From NCBI RefSeq assembly GCF_008065095.1, contig NZ_CP042911.1, positions 6,420,001 through 6,452,000 on the forward strand: a stretch of DNA of 32,000 nt. Reading direction: 5' to 3'. The position numbers and the translations under genes were made by a program. How positions within the stretch are numbered: position 1 is the first letter of the stretch; each line of letters begins with the position of its first letter. The DNA comes from Gemmata obscuriglobus (GTDB lineage: Bacteria; Planctomycetota; Planctomycetia; Gemmatales; Gemmataceae). Shown here piece by piece: positions 18,701-27,767 of this stretch. The notes below the pieces were generated by a model. That model had not been told where the DNA came from. It searched no databases and worked only from the letters and a program-made list of their open reading frames with translations.

Positions 18701-19133
18701 GCCCGGTGTACGTGAACCACTTCTGGAGCAGCGTCGCGGTGGTGGAGCACACGAAGAACGGTATCCCGATGGCCACCGTCATGATCGCCAGCACGCTCAG
18801 CACCGGGCTGGAGTCGCCCGACGGGGCCAGCGCCTCGACCACGGCAATGGGCGTGTGCTTCGCGCTGAACAGCGCGGCCAGCACGAACACCGCGACCGGC
18901 AGCGCCAGAACCGCGCAGTGAACGGCCCACTGCTTCTTGTGGTCCTTCTGGCGTGTCAGCCGGTCGGCGTAGAGGTAGCCGAGCAGCAACAGCGCCTGGA
19001 AGAACACCATGCAGCCGTTCCACACCGCCGGGCTGCCGCCCAGCAGGGGCAGCACCGCCTTGGCGACCATCGGCTGAACCATGAACAGCAGTGACGCGCT
19101 CACGAACATCGTGACGGCGAACAGCAGCGGCAC
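15795..19133 (-). CDS. Large polytopic membrane protein fused to a spermidine-synthase-like (class I SAM-fold) domain that carries an internal repeat insertion
   Basis: 1112-aa ORF. The N-terminal ~500 aa contains many hydrophobic helices and opens with LLFAVTMFVSASLLFMVQPMVAKAVLPLLGGSPAVWNGCMVFFQALLLLGYLYAD, typical of 'fused MFS/spermidine synthase' proteins. The C-terminal part has VAMVGLGTGSASCY...LTFYEIDP and GDARLKL...YALLLVDAFSSDSIPVHLLT. Confidence 0.85.
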   Translation of the reverse strand: MPLLFAVTMFVSASLLFMVQPMVAKAVLPLLGGSPAVWNGCMVFFQALLLLGYLYADRLTRQKDHKKQWAVHCAVLALPVAVFVLAALFSAKHTPIAVVEALAPSGDSSPVLSVLAIMTVAIGIPFFVCSTTATLLQKWFTYTGHPSARDPYFLYAASNFGSLISLLGYPLFIEPNLTQGGQTWVWAVGFVGLAALIVACGKAAVNPLGVAPGGATGVKAAPAPIEAPPSWGRMAKWTALAFVPSSLMLGVTFHMTTDIASIPLLWVGPLALYLVTFIIAFGRVPPWFRLLIGNLAPVMILLLVFSITSGVIGNRVGISLLLHLVTFFTAALMCHYELARDRPSPQYLTTYFLIMSLGGVLGGIFNSLVAPLVFVQDYEYKLVLLVACLMVPRLNSSEDGTPNQKPMDAKTAPDVGASAAAASPLAAAGRWFVRLLDQNRQVALALDIVVPVLIGLVFWQMLKFGQFEWYNRAVRSIASTLSLDSASMVHNIFVYAVPVMVCFFFVDRPLRFTLCVAAILGISTFRDEASDEAKVVYTERSFFGILKVEQRGQYTRLVHGTTLHGTQINETFRPHWADEFQRLTALNPWDNVAVFGTQLRFNPREEPLTYYHRSGPVGAMFQELRTRKGGADANAPVAMVGLGTGSASCYVGAGQKLTFYEIDPAVRRIVETPWKVMNESDLKERGSAPIADPDVRAKVEKLGARILTQEEYDRARAEHEKGLKAWEAYKKSLRAFGTAPLDDEVRKRLERLGPMYTLRTKQDYETALRERGAAPTADPDVRKDAERMGARIFTPEEYEAELKNRLPGKEPMKDRGVIVYTQEEYEEAARTRPAGTAPVTQHEVAPAPAPVAPLMGPFTYVDDARKRGADIDFRMGDARLKLKEDTDRKYALLLVDAFSSDSIPVHLLTNEAVALYLERLTDDGILALHISNKFVQLEPVVAAIAEHHNLVARVWNDNAEGRPGKTASSWVALARKREHLGDRIASELGDMMGEYSQSEQLIRIARVKYPELGPLLDKALTKQQETVLDYLDKRTGDAQAQRFAGLIRRNGPFTTLMDALQAETGYGFRPVVKLNGVDAWTDDYADVMRVMIIPELQALRRFFGLPTPVADR

Positions 19134-19533
19134 GGGTTACTACTCCGGGTTCGGCGGGGCGCGGGCAAGGTTCCTCGAAGTGTATCGAACCCGCGAAGGG
19201 GCGAGTAGTTTCGTGTTCATGAGAAGCACGCGGGAGAGTTGCCGAGGTTCCGGAACCCGAAGTCGGGCCACATCCGGCGCACGGCCCGTGAAATCGGGGC
19301 CGGGTCTGGCCCGCATAACGGTGCCGGACTTGTTCCCCCGACGCGCACACAGGAATAACCCCGCCAAGGCGTGCAGGCATCCGTTGCCGCCTACCGCTAA
19401 TACCCGGGCCGGCGGGCCAAGCGGCGGCGGCGCCTTTTGACGGCCGTGCAGTTGCAACATGCCCGTTCACGTGCCAAGGTCATTCCGGAAGAGTCGCAAG
19501 TCGGCCGACTCGAAAACATTAACTGAGGGGCTC

Positions 19534-19914
19534 ATGCGAATCGTTCTGGGTTGCGTGGCGGCGCTGGCGTTGTGCGGGTGGACGCGCGCAGACGACAAGG
19601 ACGAGAAGATCGACGCCAAGAAGCTGGTCGGCAAGTGGACCACAGAGAACAAGGAGCTGGGTGCCAAGCTCATCGTCAACTTCGCAAAGGATGGGAAGCT
19701 GGCCATAACGGTCAAGGCAAAGGGTGAGAAAGACGTCCAGATCAAAGGAACATACAAACTGACTGGAAACCAACTGACCATGACAATGGAGGGCGACGGC
19801 AAGGAGCACAAGGAAACGCTCACCGTTCTGGAACTGGACGAAGACGACCTTGTGACCAAGGATCCGAAGGGCAACAAGGACACTTACAAACGCGTTGAAG
19901 AGGACGACAAGTAA
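19534..19914 (+). CDS. Small secreted K/D/E-rich protein (lipocalin-like; resembles a Gemmata paralogous small-protein family from memory)
   Basis: ATG at 19534 is preceded by GAGGGG. Signal peptide MRIVLGCVAALALCGWTRA. LVGKWT...YKLTGNQLTM is a lipocalin-like pattern. G+C is visibly lower than in the neighbouring genes. Confidence 0.7.
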   Translation: MRIVLGCVAALALCGWTRADDKDEKIDAKKLVGKWTTENKELGAKLIVNFAKDGKLAITVKAKGEKDVQIKGTYKLTGNQLTMTMEGDGKEHKETLTVLELDEDDLVTKDPKGNKDTYKRVEEDDK

Positions 19915-19960
19915 ACCTGATACCGCCTTGATCCCCTGGCAACTCGCGAACACGTTCAGA

Positions 19961-19990
19961 GTGACCGGCGGCCGTTGCGATGCCGGTCAC
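19961..19990 (+). terminator. Hairpin terminator candidate downstream of the small secreted-protein gene
   Basis: GTGACCGGC (19961-19969) pairs with GCCGGTCAC (19982-19990), with a 12-nt loop, followed by the T-rich TTCGCATTTCTCGGGTTTGC. Confidence 0.45.
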
Positions 19991-20085
19991 TTCGCATTTC
20001 TCGGGTTTGCGTGCCACCGCCGTCCGGTGCCATTAAGGCCGCGGGCGCCGGGACAACTCGGCGCAGCACCGCGAAATGCGGTGAC

Positions 20086-20940
20086 GGAACCGGTTCAAAT
20101 CAGACTGCTGTGCGAACCGGTTCCGCCGCCGGGTTACTTTCGGATAGTGTGCAGGTTACACGCGTGCGGCAACCTGTGCCCGAATCAACCTTCACCGGAC
20201 CGGCATCGCGGACCGTCCGCGGCGTAACGCCGCAGCATTCGCTAACTGGACCGGCAGCGGAACCGATGGCCCTTGGCAATCTCCGGCGGAGGCACGTTCT
20301 GTCGTCGGGCTACTTTCTGGCTTGCCTGGGGATAAACCGGACAGGCAACCTGTGCCAGATTCTCCCCATCAATTGGTAGGCACCGAAAACCGTCCGCGGC
20401 GTAGCGCCGCAGGAACCTCTAACTCTTCAACAATAGAACGCAACCTCCGAGACAGTTTAATCGGGTTCCGCCGTCGGGCTACTTTCCCACCGTGCGTCGC
20501 GACCCCGGACGGGGACCACCTGTGGAACAAGGGGCATCGCGCTGACAGGCACTGAGAACCGTCCGCGGCGTAACGCCGCAGGAACCGCTAACTCCGCGAC
20601 GGCGGAACCGTTCCCACAAACAACACAGGGCGAGCGGCGGTTACTTTCCAACCTGTCACCTCCGGCGCCGGGGTGTCGATTCCTGATCGATGCCCCGACG
20701 GCGGCGTGCCTCCGGCACGCTGAACTGGTCGTAACCAGAAACCGCCCGCGGCGTAGCACCGCAGATCAAGCTAACTCGGACCGCTCGCCCCGTGTACCTC
20801 GGTGTGGGCTGTAGGGCTACTTTCCTCCTAGGGCATCGTAGGCCGTTGCATACAACCTGTGTGTCCGCAACGGCCTGACGTTCCTGCGATCGGCACTGCG
20901 AACCACCCGCGGCGTAACACCGCAGATCAAGCTAACCGGG
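20086..20940. repeat. Array of five tandem composite repeat units (candidate ncRNA genes or phased binding sites); not CRISPR-like
   Basis: Units are approximately 20131-20246, 20307-20423, 20476-20592, 20638-20775 and 20814-20936.
- Block A, GGGYTACTTTC: at 20131, 20307, 20476, 20638 and 20814.
- Block B, ACCTGTG: at 20172, 20348, 20518, 20651 and 20855.
- Block C, GGCAYYGNGAACCGYCCGCGGCGTARCRCCGCAG-N5-6-CTAAC: CCGYCCGC anchor at 20213, 20390, 20559, 20742 and 20903.
No conserved reading frame. Confidence 0.8.
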
Positions 20941-21182
20941 CCGACAACCCACACCACGTTTCAGCTCTCGCCGCGCCAGAGTTCTGCGTTATCCGGTCGA
21001 GTGATGGAGCCACCGATAGCCGGCTCTGCGTGATTAGCGCAGCAAACCACATTGGCCCCCCCACCAATCGGCAACTCGATCCAGGCTACACAACTGCCGG
21101 ACGTACCACAAGCGGTTCGATCCGCCAACAACCGGGTGTGTCGCGATTGTTTGCGAAGTCCGAGTTGAGTTCAGATATGCGA

Positions 21183-21220
21183 CGAGCCCCGGTGCCTTCT
21201 GCGGAAGGTACCGGGGCTCG
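21183..21220. other. Strong 17-bp hairpin downstream of the repeat array, about 210 nt beyond the prkA stop
   Basis: CGAGCCCCGGTGCCTTC (21183-21199), loop TGCG, GAAGGTACCGGGGCTCG (21204-21220). The single non-Watson-Crick pair is G.U on the plus strand and C.A on the minus strand. Confidence 0.5.
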
Positions 21221-21428
21221 CGTATTCGCGCTGCCGGGGAGTGGAAGGATGGGGGTGCCCTGAGCCGCACCCTCCAATGCTTATGGCTGCTGCTTCCGCC
21301 CTGACCAGGTTCACACCTTCAGGTCGGTCAGGCCCCCACCCATCCAAACCCCGGCGGCGGTATCTCCAAGCTCAAAGCGACAAGTACCAAGGCAAAACTC
21401 GCCGACACTTTGCCTTCGACTTTCGACT

Positions 21429-23483
<2,055 letters not shown>

Positions 23484-23922
23484 GGGTGAAGTTAACCTCC
23501 GTGGGCTGGGCGGGGGCGGCGCCCGCAAGCGCCGCCGGGAACCGCGCCAAAAAGCTGACACCGCTCGGCGGCGCCCCGGTTCGCAGCAAGGGGGCTCGCG
23601 CTCGGTTTCTGTGCCCGGTGCGGCCGGATCGGTCGCGGAGCCGTGGCGAGAACGGGAAGGGCCGCACCAAGGCGGCCCGGAGCCGTGAGGCTGGGCGAAC
23701 GGCTCAGACCAGGGTAACCGGTCCCCCGCCCCCCCGCAATCCCGTACTCGGGCCGGCGGCCCCAATTTGCCGCCCCATTCTACCGCGACGCCGTGTCCCC
23801 ATCCAAGTAGTCAAGGGCCGGCGCGCAACTCGGCTTGCGCGAATCGATCCGGTAACGTAGACTCCCGGACACGTCCGGCGAATAATGGCCGGGCTCTCGG
23901 GTCCACGTAAGGAGGCGCTGTC

Positions 23923-24318
23923 ATGCGGAATCTGCTCGCACTATTCGGGTTGGTGGTGATCGGGTTCGGCGGGGTCGGCTGGTACATGGGCTGGTACAAG
24001 CTGAACGTCTCCAAGAACACCGACGGGAACCTCCAGATCACTGCCGACGTTGATACCAAGAAGGTGAGCACGGACTCGTCGGAGATCTTCAAGAACGTCG
24101 GCGCGGTGATCGGCAACCACGTCGATAAAGCCGCGCAGGACGCGAAGACCGCCGCGCCGCAAACGGCTCCCGGCGCCACCCCGGGTCCGGTAGTCGCCCC
24201 GACCCAAACGCCGAACATCAAACTGCCGGAACTCCCCGCGGTACCCGGAACGGCGCCGGCACTGCCGCCCGCCAGCAACCAGGGACCGATCCCCTTGATC
24301 CCGCCCAAGCCGATGTGA
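23923..24318 (+). CDS. Hypothetical membrane-anchored protein with Pro/Ala-rich C-terminus
   Basis: ATG at 23923 is preceded by the strong RBS AAGGAGG. One N-terminal TM helix, LLALFGLVVIGFGGVGWYMGWY. Followed by a terminator hairpin. Confidence 0.65.
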   Translation: MRNLLALFGLVVIGFGGVGWYMGWYKLNVSKNTDGNLQITADVDTKKVSTDSSEIFKNVGAVIGNHVDKAAQDAKTAAPQTAPGATPGPVVAPTQTPNIKLPELPAVPGTAPALPPASNQGPIPLIPPKPM

Positions 24319-24365
24319 CCATCGCGCGAAAGCCGGATCGTGTCCGCTCAACCCGTCTGCGTCAC

Positions 24366-24392
24366 GAAGCCCGAGCGGTGTGCTCGGGCTTC
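24366..24392 (+). terminator. Hairpin terminator candidate
   Basis: GAAGCCCGAGC (24366-24376), loop GGTGT, GCTCGGGCTTC (24382-24392). The 11-bp perfect stem lies about 45 nt after the stop at 24318. Confidence 0.5.
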
Positions 24393-24588
24393 GACACTTT
24401 ACCCGCCCTGAACCACTTCAGTTGCGTCCCCAGGCGCGAACCTCTACCGGTCGCACCGTTTCTAACGTCTTCGCCGGCGCATTCCCACCGCCCCGCTGAT
24501 TGACGCCCGTTCAGTTGACAGGTATACACGTCTTGCCGGGCGCGGCTCGCGCCGCGTTCCGAGCCCAACACCACCGAGGTTTCCCGCG

Positions 24589-25422
24589 ATGGAGCTGATC
24601 GAGTCCAGGTCGATTTTTTCGCCCGCGACCGGGTTCATCCGCCGCGGCGGGTTCGAGTGGACCTGCAACCCGTATGTCGGGTGCACCTTTGGCTGTACTT
24701 ACTGTTATGCGGCCTTCCTGCCGCAGAACCGGCGCCCCGCGAACGAATGGGGGAAGTGGATCACCGCCAAGAAGAACGCCGCGGCGCTCGCCGAGAAGCA
24801 GGCCACGAAGGTGGCCGGACAACCGGTGTACCTGTCGAGCGTGACCGACCCGTACCAACCCGCCGAGCGGAGCCTGATGCTGACGCGCGGCATCCTGGAG
24901 GCGCTGCTCCCGCACCAGCCGCGGCTCACGATCCAGACCCGCGGCCCGCTGGTCGTGCGCGACATCGACGTGCTGAAGGACTTCCGCTCGCTCCGCGTGA
25001 ACGTGTCGATCCCGACCGACTCGGAGCGCGTGCGGCAGCAGTTCGAGCCGAAGGCGCCGCCACTGGAGGGCCGCTGGGACGCGGTGCAGCAACTGAAGGA
25101 CGCCGGCGTCAGCGTCGGCGTGTGCGTGACCCCGACCCTGCCCATCGAGAACGTGGACACGTTCGCGCGGCGCATCGCGGACTTCAAACCCGATGTGGTG
25201 GTGTGCCAGGACTTCCACGATGCCGGCGGGCGGTTCGGTGCGGACACTGGCGCGACCGCGCGCGGGCTGCTCGCGGAAATCGGCTGGGGGCCGGCGGACT
25301 ACCGCCGGTTCGTGAACCGCCTCCGGCACGGCGTGCGCGTGTTCGAGGGCGAAAGCGGCTTTTTCCCGCCGCCCGCGGCCGAGGCACCGGTTGCCGTCCC
25401 CGCCGTAAAGTTGTTTGATTAA
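24589..25422 (+). CDS. Radical SAM protein (SplB / DNA-photolyase-like COG1533 type)
   Basis: CNPYVGCTFGCTYCYA contains the CxxxCxxC radical-SAM cluster motif near the N-terminus, and SSVTDPYQPAE is typical of this subfamily. ATG at 24589 with GAGG upstream. Confidence 0.8.
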   Translation: MELIESRSIFSPATGFIRRGGFEWTCNPYVGCTFGCTYCYAAFLPQNRRPANEWGKWITAKKNAAALAEKQATKVAGQPVYLSSVTDPYQPAERSLMLTRGILEALLPHQPRLTIQTRGPLVVRDIDVLKDFRSLRVNVSIPTDSERVRQQFEPKAPPLEGRWDAVQQLKDAGVSVGVCVTPTLPIENVDTFARRIADFKPDVVVCQDFHDAGGRFGADTGATARGLLAEIGWGPADYRRFVNRLRHGVRVFEGESGFFPPPAAEAPVAVPAVKLFD

Positions 25423-25455
25423 CTTGCGTGTCGCCCCGCTCGCGACGGAGGTCCG

Positions 25456-25821
25456 ATGCCCGCGCTAAAGCCGGTGGCGAAGTGGGTACTCGCGCTGCTG
25501 TTCGTCGCGGCCGGGGTGAATCACTTCGTCAACCCAGACTTTTACGTCAAGATCATGCCGCCGTACCTGCCGTGGCACTACGAGCTGGTGCTGGTCAGTG
25601 GCGTGTTCGAGATCCTCGGCGGGGCAGGGCTACTGGTCCCCCGCCTTCAACGCGCCGCGGCGTGGGGACTGATCGCTCTGCTGATCGCGGTGTTCCCGGC
25701 CAACGTCCACATGGCCCTGAACCCGGACGCGTTTCCGAACATTCCCCCGGCGGCGCTGTGGGGGCGGCTCCCGTTCCAGACACTGTTTATCGCGTGGGCG
25801 TACTGGTTCACGCGCCGGTAA
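25456..25821 (+). CDS. DoxX-like family small membrane protein
   Basis: 121 aa with 3-4 hydrophobic helices. VAAGVNHF..P..Y..IMP and ..FEILGGAGLL...LIAVFPANV match the DoxX-like pattern. ATG at 25456 is preceded by GGAGG. Confidence 0.7.
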   Translation: MPALKPVAKWVLALLFVAAGVNHFVNPDFYVKIMPPYLPWHYELVLVSGVFEILGGAGLLVPRLQRAAAWGLIALLIAVFPANVHMALNPDAFPNIPPAALWGRLPFQTLFIAWAYWFTRR

Positions 25822-25837
25822 CTGTTGGAGTCGCCAA

Positions 25838-26854
25838 ATGCCCGATCGCGCCACCGTACTCGCCGCGCTTGCCGAATACGTCAACCGACCGGCAACCGCG
25901 CACGACATCCGAACGGAGCCCGGAGAAATCTTCTCCGCCCCGCCCTTCCCCCAACTCGTCCGATTCCTTCCATCCCTCCTAACGAAAGAGGAGTGGGACG
26001 CGTTCGTCCCGGAGATGGCCGCCCTGCTTCGCGGCGGTGACCCGTTTCGCGTGTCCGCGCTCGCGCTGAACTGCGGTTCGCTCGTGGAACAAGGCGTTCC
26101 CGCGGCGCTCGTCGCGCCGCACCTCCTGGCCGCGCTGCCGCGGCACCTCGCGCTCGCCCGGCGGGCGGCGAGCGCCACATTTGACGCCGATCCGGACGCC
26201 CTCCGAGCCCAGAGCGGGCTGACGTTCCTGCTGCTCGCGACGATGGCCGTGCTGTGTCGCGGCGCGGCGTTCCGACAGGCCGCACGGGCGAACCCGGACA
26301 TCGTGACCGGCGTGGAGTCTCTCCGCAAGGAGCACCGCGAGGCCGACTTCGTCGCTCAGGTCCTCGGTTTCGTGGACGGCGTCGAACTGCTCGTTCTGGT
26401 TCCGGACGAGGGCAAAGGGTTTCGGGTCGTACTGGAGGCCGTGAACACCAACGGGCACCTGTTCACACTTCTCCAGGCGGCGCTGCTGGGTGGCGGCCAC
26501 CTCACGGGCGAAGCGATCGACGACGAAGTCGTCGCCGTCGCCACCGGCGAGCGCCCGCACGAGGAATTACTGACCGACCACGCCCGGTTTAATTTCGCCC
26601 CGTGGTTCGCACCTGGAGACGCCGTCAGTGCCCTGGCGGCCCTCCCGATCGAAGGGAGCCCCAGCGACATCCCACAACTCGACGGCCAACGGATCATCGT
26701 TCTCGGTCCGCCGGTGCTCGGCTCGCGGTCGTGGGACAGTAACTTCTTCGCCAACATTCACGACGCGCTGCGCTCGCGAGTCACGGTCGTTGAAGTGCTG
26801 CCGCCCGAGCGAGTGACGGCGTGGCTCGACCGCATCCGGCAGGCCGCGCGCTGA
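25838..26854 (+). CDS. Hypothetical protein (no domain recognised)
   Basis: 338-aa ORF. ATG lies 16 nt after the DoxX-like stop, with GGAG upstream. Co-directional with both neighbours, and the amino-acid composition looks coding. No motif I can name. Confidence 0.6.
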   Translation: MPDRATVLAALAEYVNRPATAHDIRTEPGEIFSAPPFPQLVRFLPSLLTKEEWDAFVPEMAALLRGGDPFRVSALALNCGSLVEQGVPAALVAPHLLAALPRHLALARRAASATFDADPDALRAQSGLTFLLLATMAVLCRGAAFRQAARANPDIVTGVESLRKEHREADFVAQVLGFVDGVELLVLVPDEGKGFRVVLEAVNTNGHLFTLLQAALLGGGHLTGEAIDDEVVAVATGERPHEELLTDHARFNFAPWFAPGDAVSALAALPIEGSPSDIPQLDGQRIIVLGPPVLGSRSWDSNFFANIHDALRSRVTVVEVLPPERVTAWLDRIRQAAR

Positions 26855-26924
26855 AAACAGCGAAAGTTCATACACCTCCAGGAACAGTCACGCGGCCCGG
26901 CGACCGAAGTAGAGCGTTCCTGCG

Positions 26925-27767
26925 GTGCGTACCAACTCCACAACCTCTATCGTGGTCGGATCTCTGATCGCCCTCGCTGCGCTGATCGGCGGGTTGTGGT
27001 GGCGCGAGCGCCCGATCCCTGAAGCCTCCGCACAACCGCTGATCGTATACGCCGCCCCGACCAGCCGGTTGCCGCTCGAAGTCATTGCGGCCGACTACGA
27101 GCGCGAAACCGGCCGACGGGTCGAACTGCGCATCGGCCCGTCAGAAGACATCCTCACAAAAATCCGGCTCCCCGCGCCCGGAAAGCCCGCCGACCTCTTC
27201 ATTCCGGCCGACGACAGCTACGTTCGCCAGGCGCACGAACTCGGGCTTGTGACCGCATCGGCACGCATCGCGCACATGCGTGCCGTCGTGCTGCTCACAA
27301 AAGACAATCCGAAGAACCTCGCGGAGTGGGCCGATCTGCTCCGCGACGGGGTAAAAGTCGCAGTCCCGAACCCCGGCGCGGCAGTCGGAAAGCTGACGCG
27401 CGAGCACCTCGCCGAAACCGGGCGCTGGGCGGCCCTCGCGCCCCGTGCGGTTGACACCGGCAGTGTCACAGAGGCCGCCAACGCCGCCCGCCTCGGAAGC
27501 GCCGACGCCGCGGTCGTGTGGGACGCGGTCGCCGCCGCGCCGGCCTACCGCGGGCAACGCGTGCTAGCACTTCCGGAACTCGCGCCGGCCACCGGGCGCG
27601 TCGATGTCGCGCTTCTGTCGCAGTCGCGCGACCCGGAAGTTGCACGAACGCTCATGAACCACATCACCGATCCGAATCGCGGTCTGGTACGGTTCCGCGA
27701 GTTCGGGTTCCAGGTCGAAGAACAGGCGGGCGGAATCAGTTCCCGTTTGCGGAGGCCTCGCCCGTGA
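26925..27767 (+). CDS. modA: Molybdate/tungstate-type ABC transporter substrate-binding protein
   Basis: N-terminal anchor IVVGSLIALAALIGGLWW. LIVYAAPTS...VELRIGPSEDILTKI...DLFIPADDSY...VAVPNP..AVGK are ModA/WtpA-like periplasmic binding-protein patterns. The stop overlaps the modB start. Confidence 0.75.
   Translation: MRTNSTTSIVVGSLIALAALIGGLWWRERPIPEASAQPLIVYAAPTSRLPLEVIAADYERETGRRVELRIGPSEDILTKIRLPAPGKPADLFIPADDSYVRQAHELGLVTASARIAHMRAVVLLTKDNPKNLAEWADLLRDGVKVAVPNPGAAVGKLTREHLAETGRWAALAPRAVDTGSVTEAANAARLGSADAAVVWDAVAAAPAYRGQRVLALPELAPATGRVDVALLSQSRDPEVARTLMNHITDPNRGLVRFREFGFQVEEQAGGISSRLRRPRP

Noticed and set aside
19437-19465. Sigma-70-like promoter guess (TTGACG at 19437-19442, TTGCAA at 19452-19457) upstream of the small secreted-protein gene
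   Set aside because: No acceptable -10 hexamer lies at 16-18 nt spacing from either candidate -35, and planctomycete promoter consensus is not well enough known to call this from sequence.
20327-20335. DnaA-box-like TTATCCCCA (reverse strand) inside unit 2
   Set aside because: It is a single copy with one mismatch to TTATCCACA. There is no cluster of boxes, no AT-rich unwinding element, and no dnaA or dnaN nearby.
20202-20936. CRISPR array interpretation of the five ~37-45-nt block C repeats
   Set aside because: The repeat period is 160-180 nt, not about 60-75 nt. The 'spacers' themselves contain conserved blocks A and B at fixed offsets. The repeats are not near-identical, and no cas gene is present anywhere in the window.
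20241-20936. Integron attC sites, because each unit ends in (G)CTAAC, which resembles the RYYYAAC inverse core
   Set aside because: The heptamers (CGCTAAC, CTCTAAC, AGCTAAC) do not fit RYYYAAC well. No matching GTTRRRY partner with an imperfect-palindrome architecture was found. The 'cassettes' would be about 170 nt without ORFs, and no intI gene is present.
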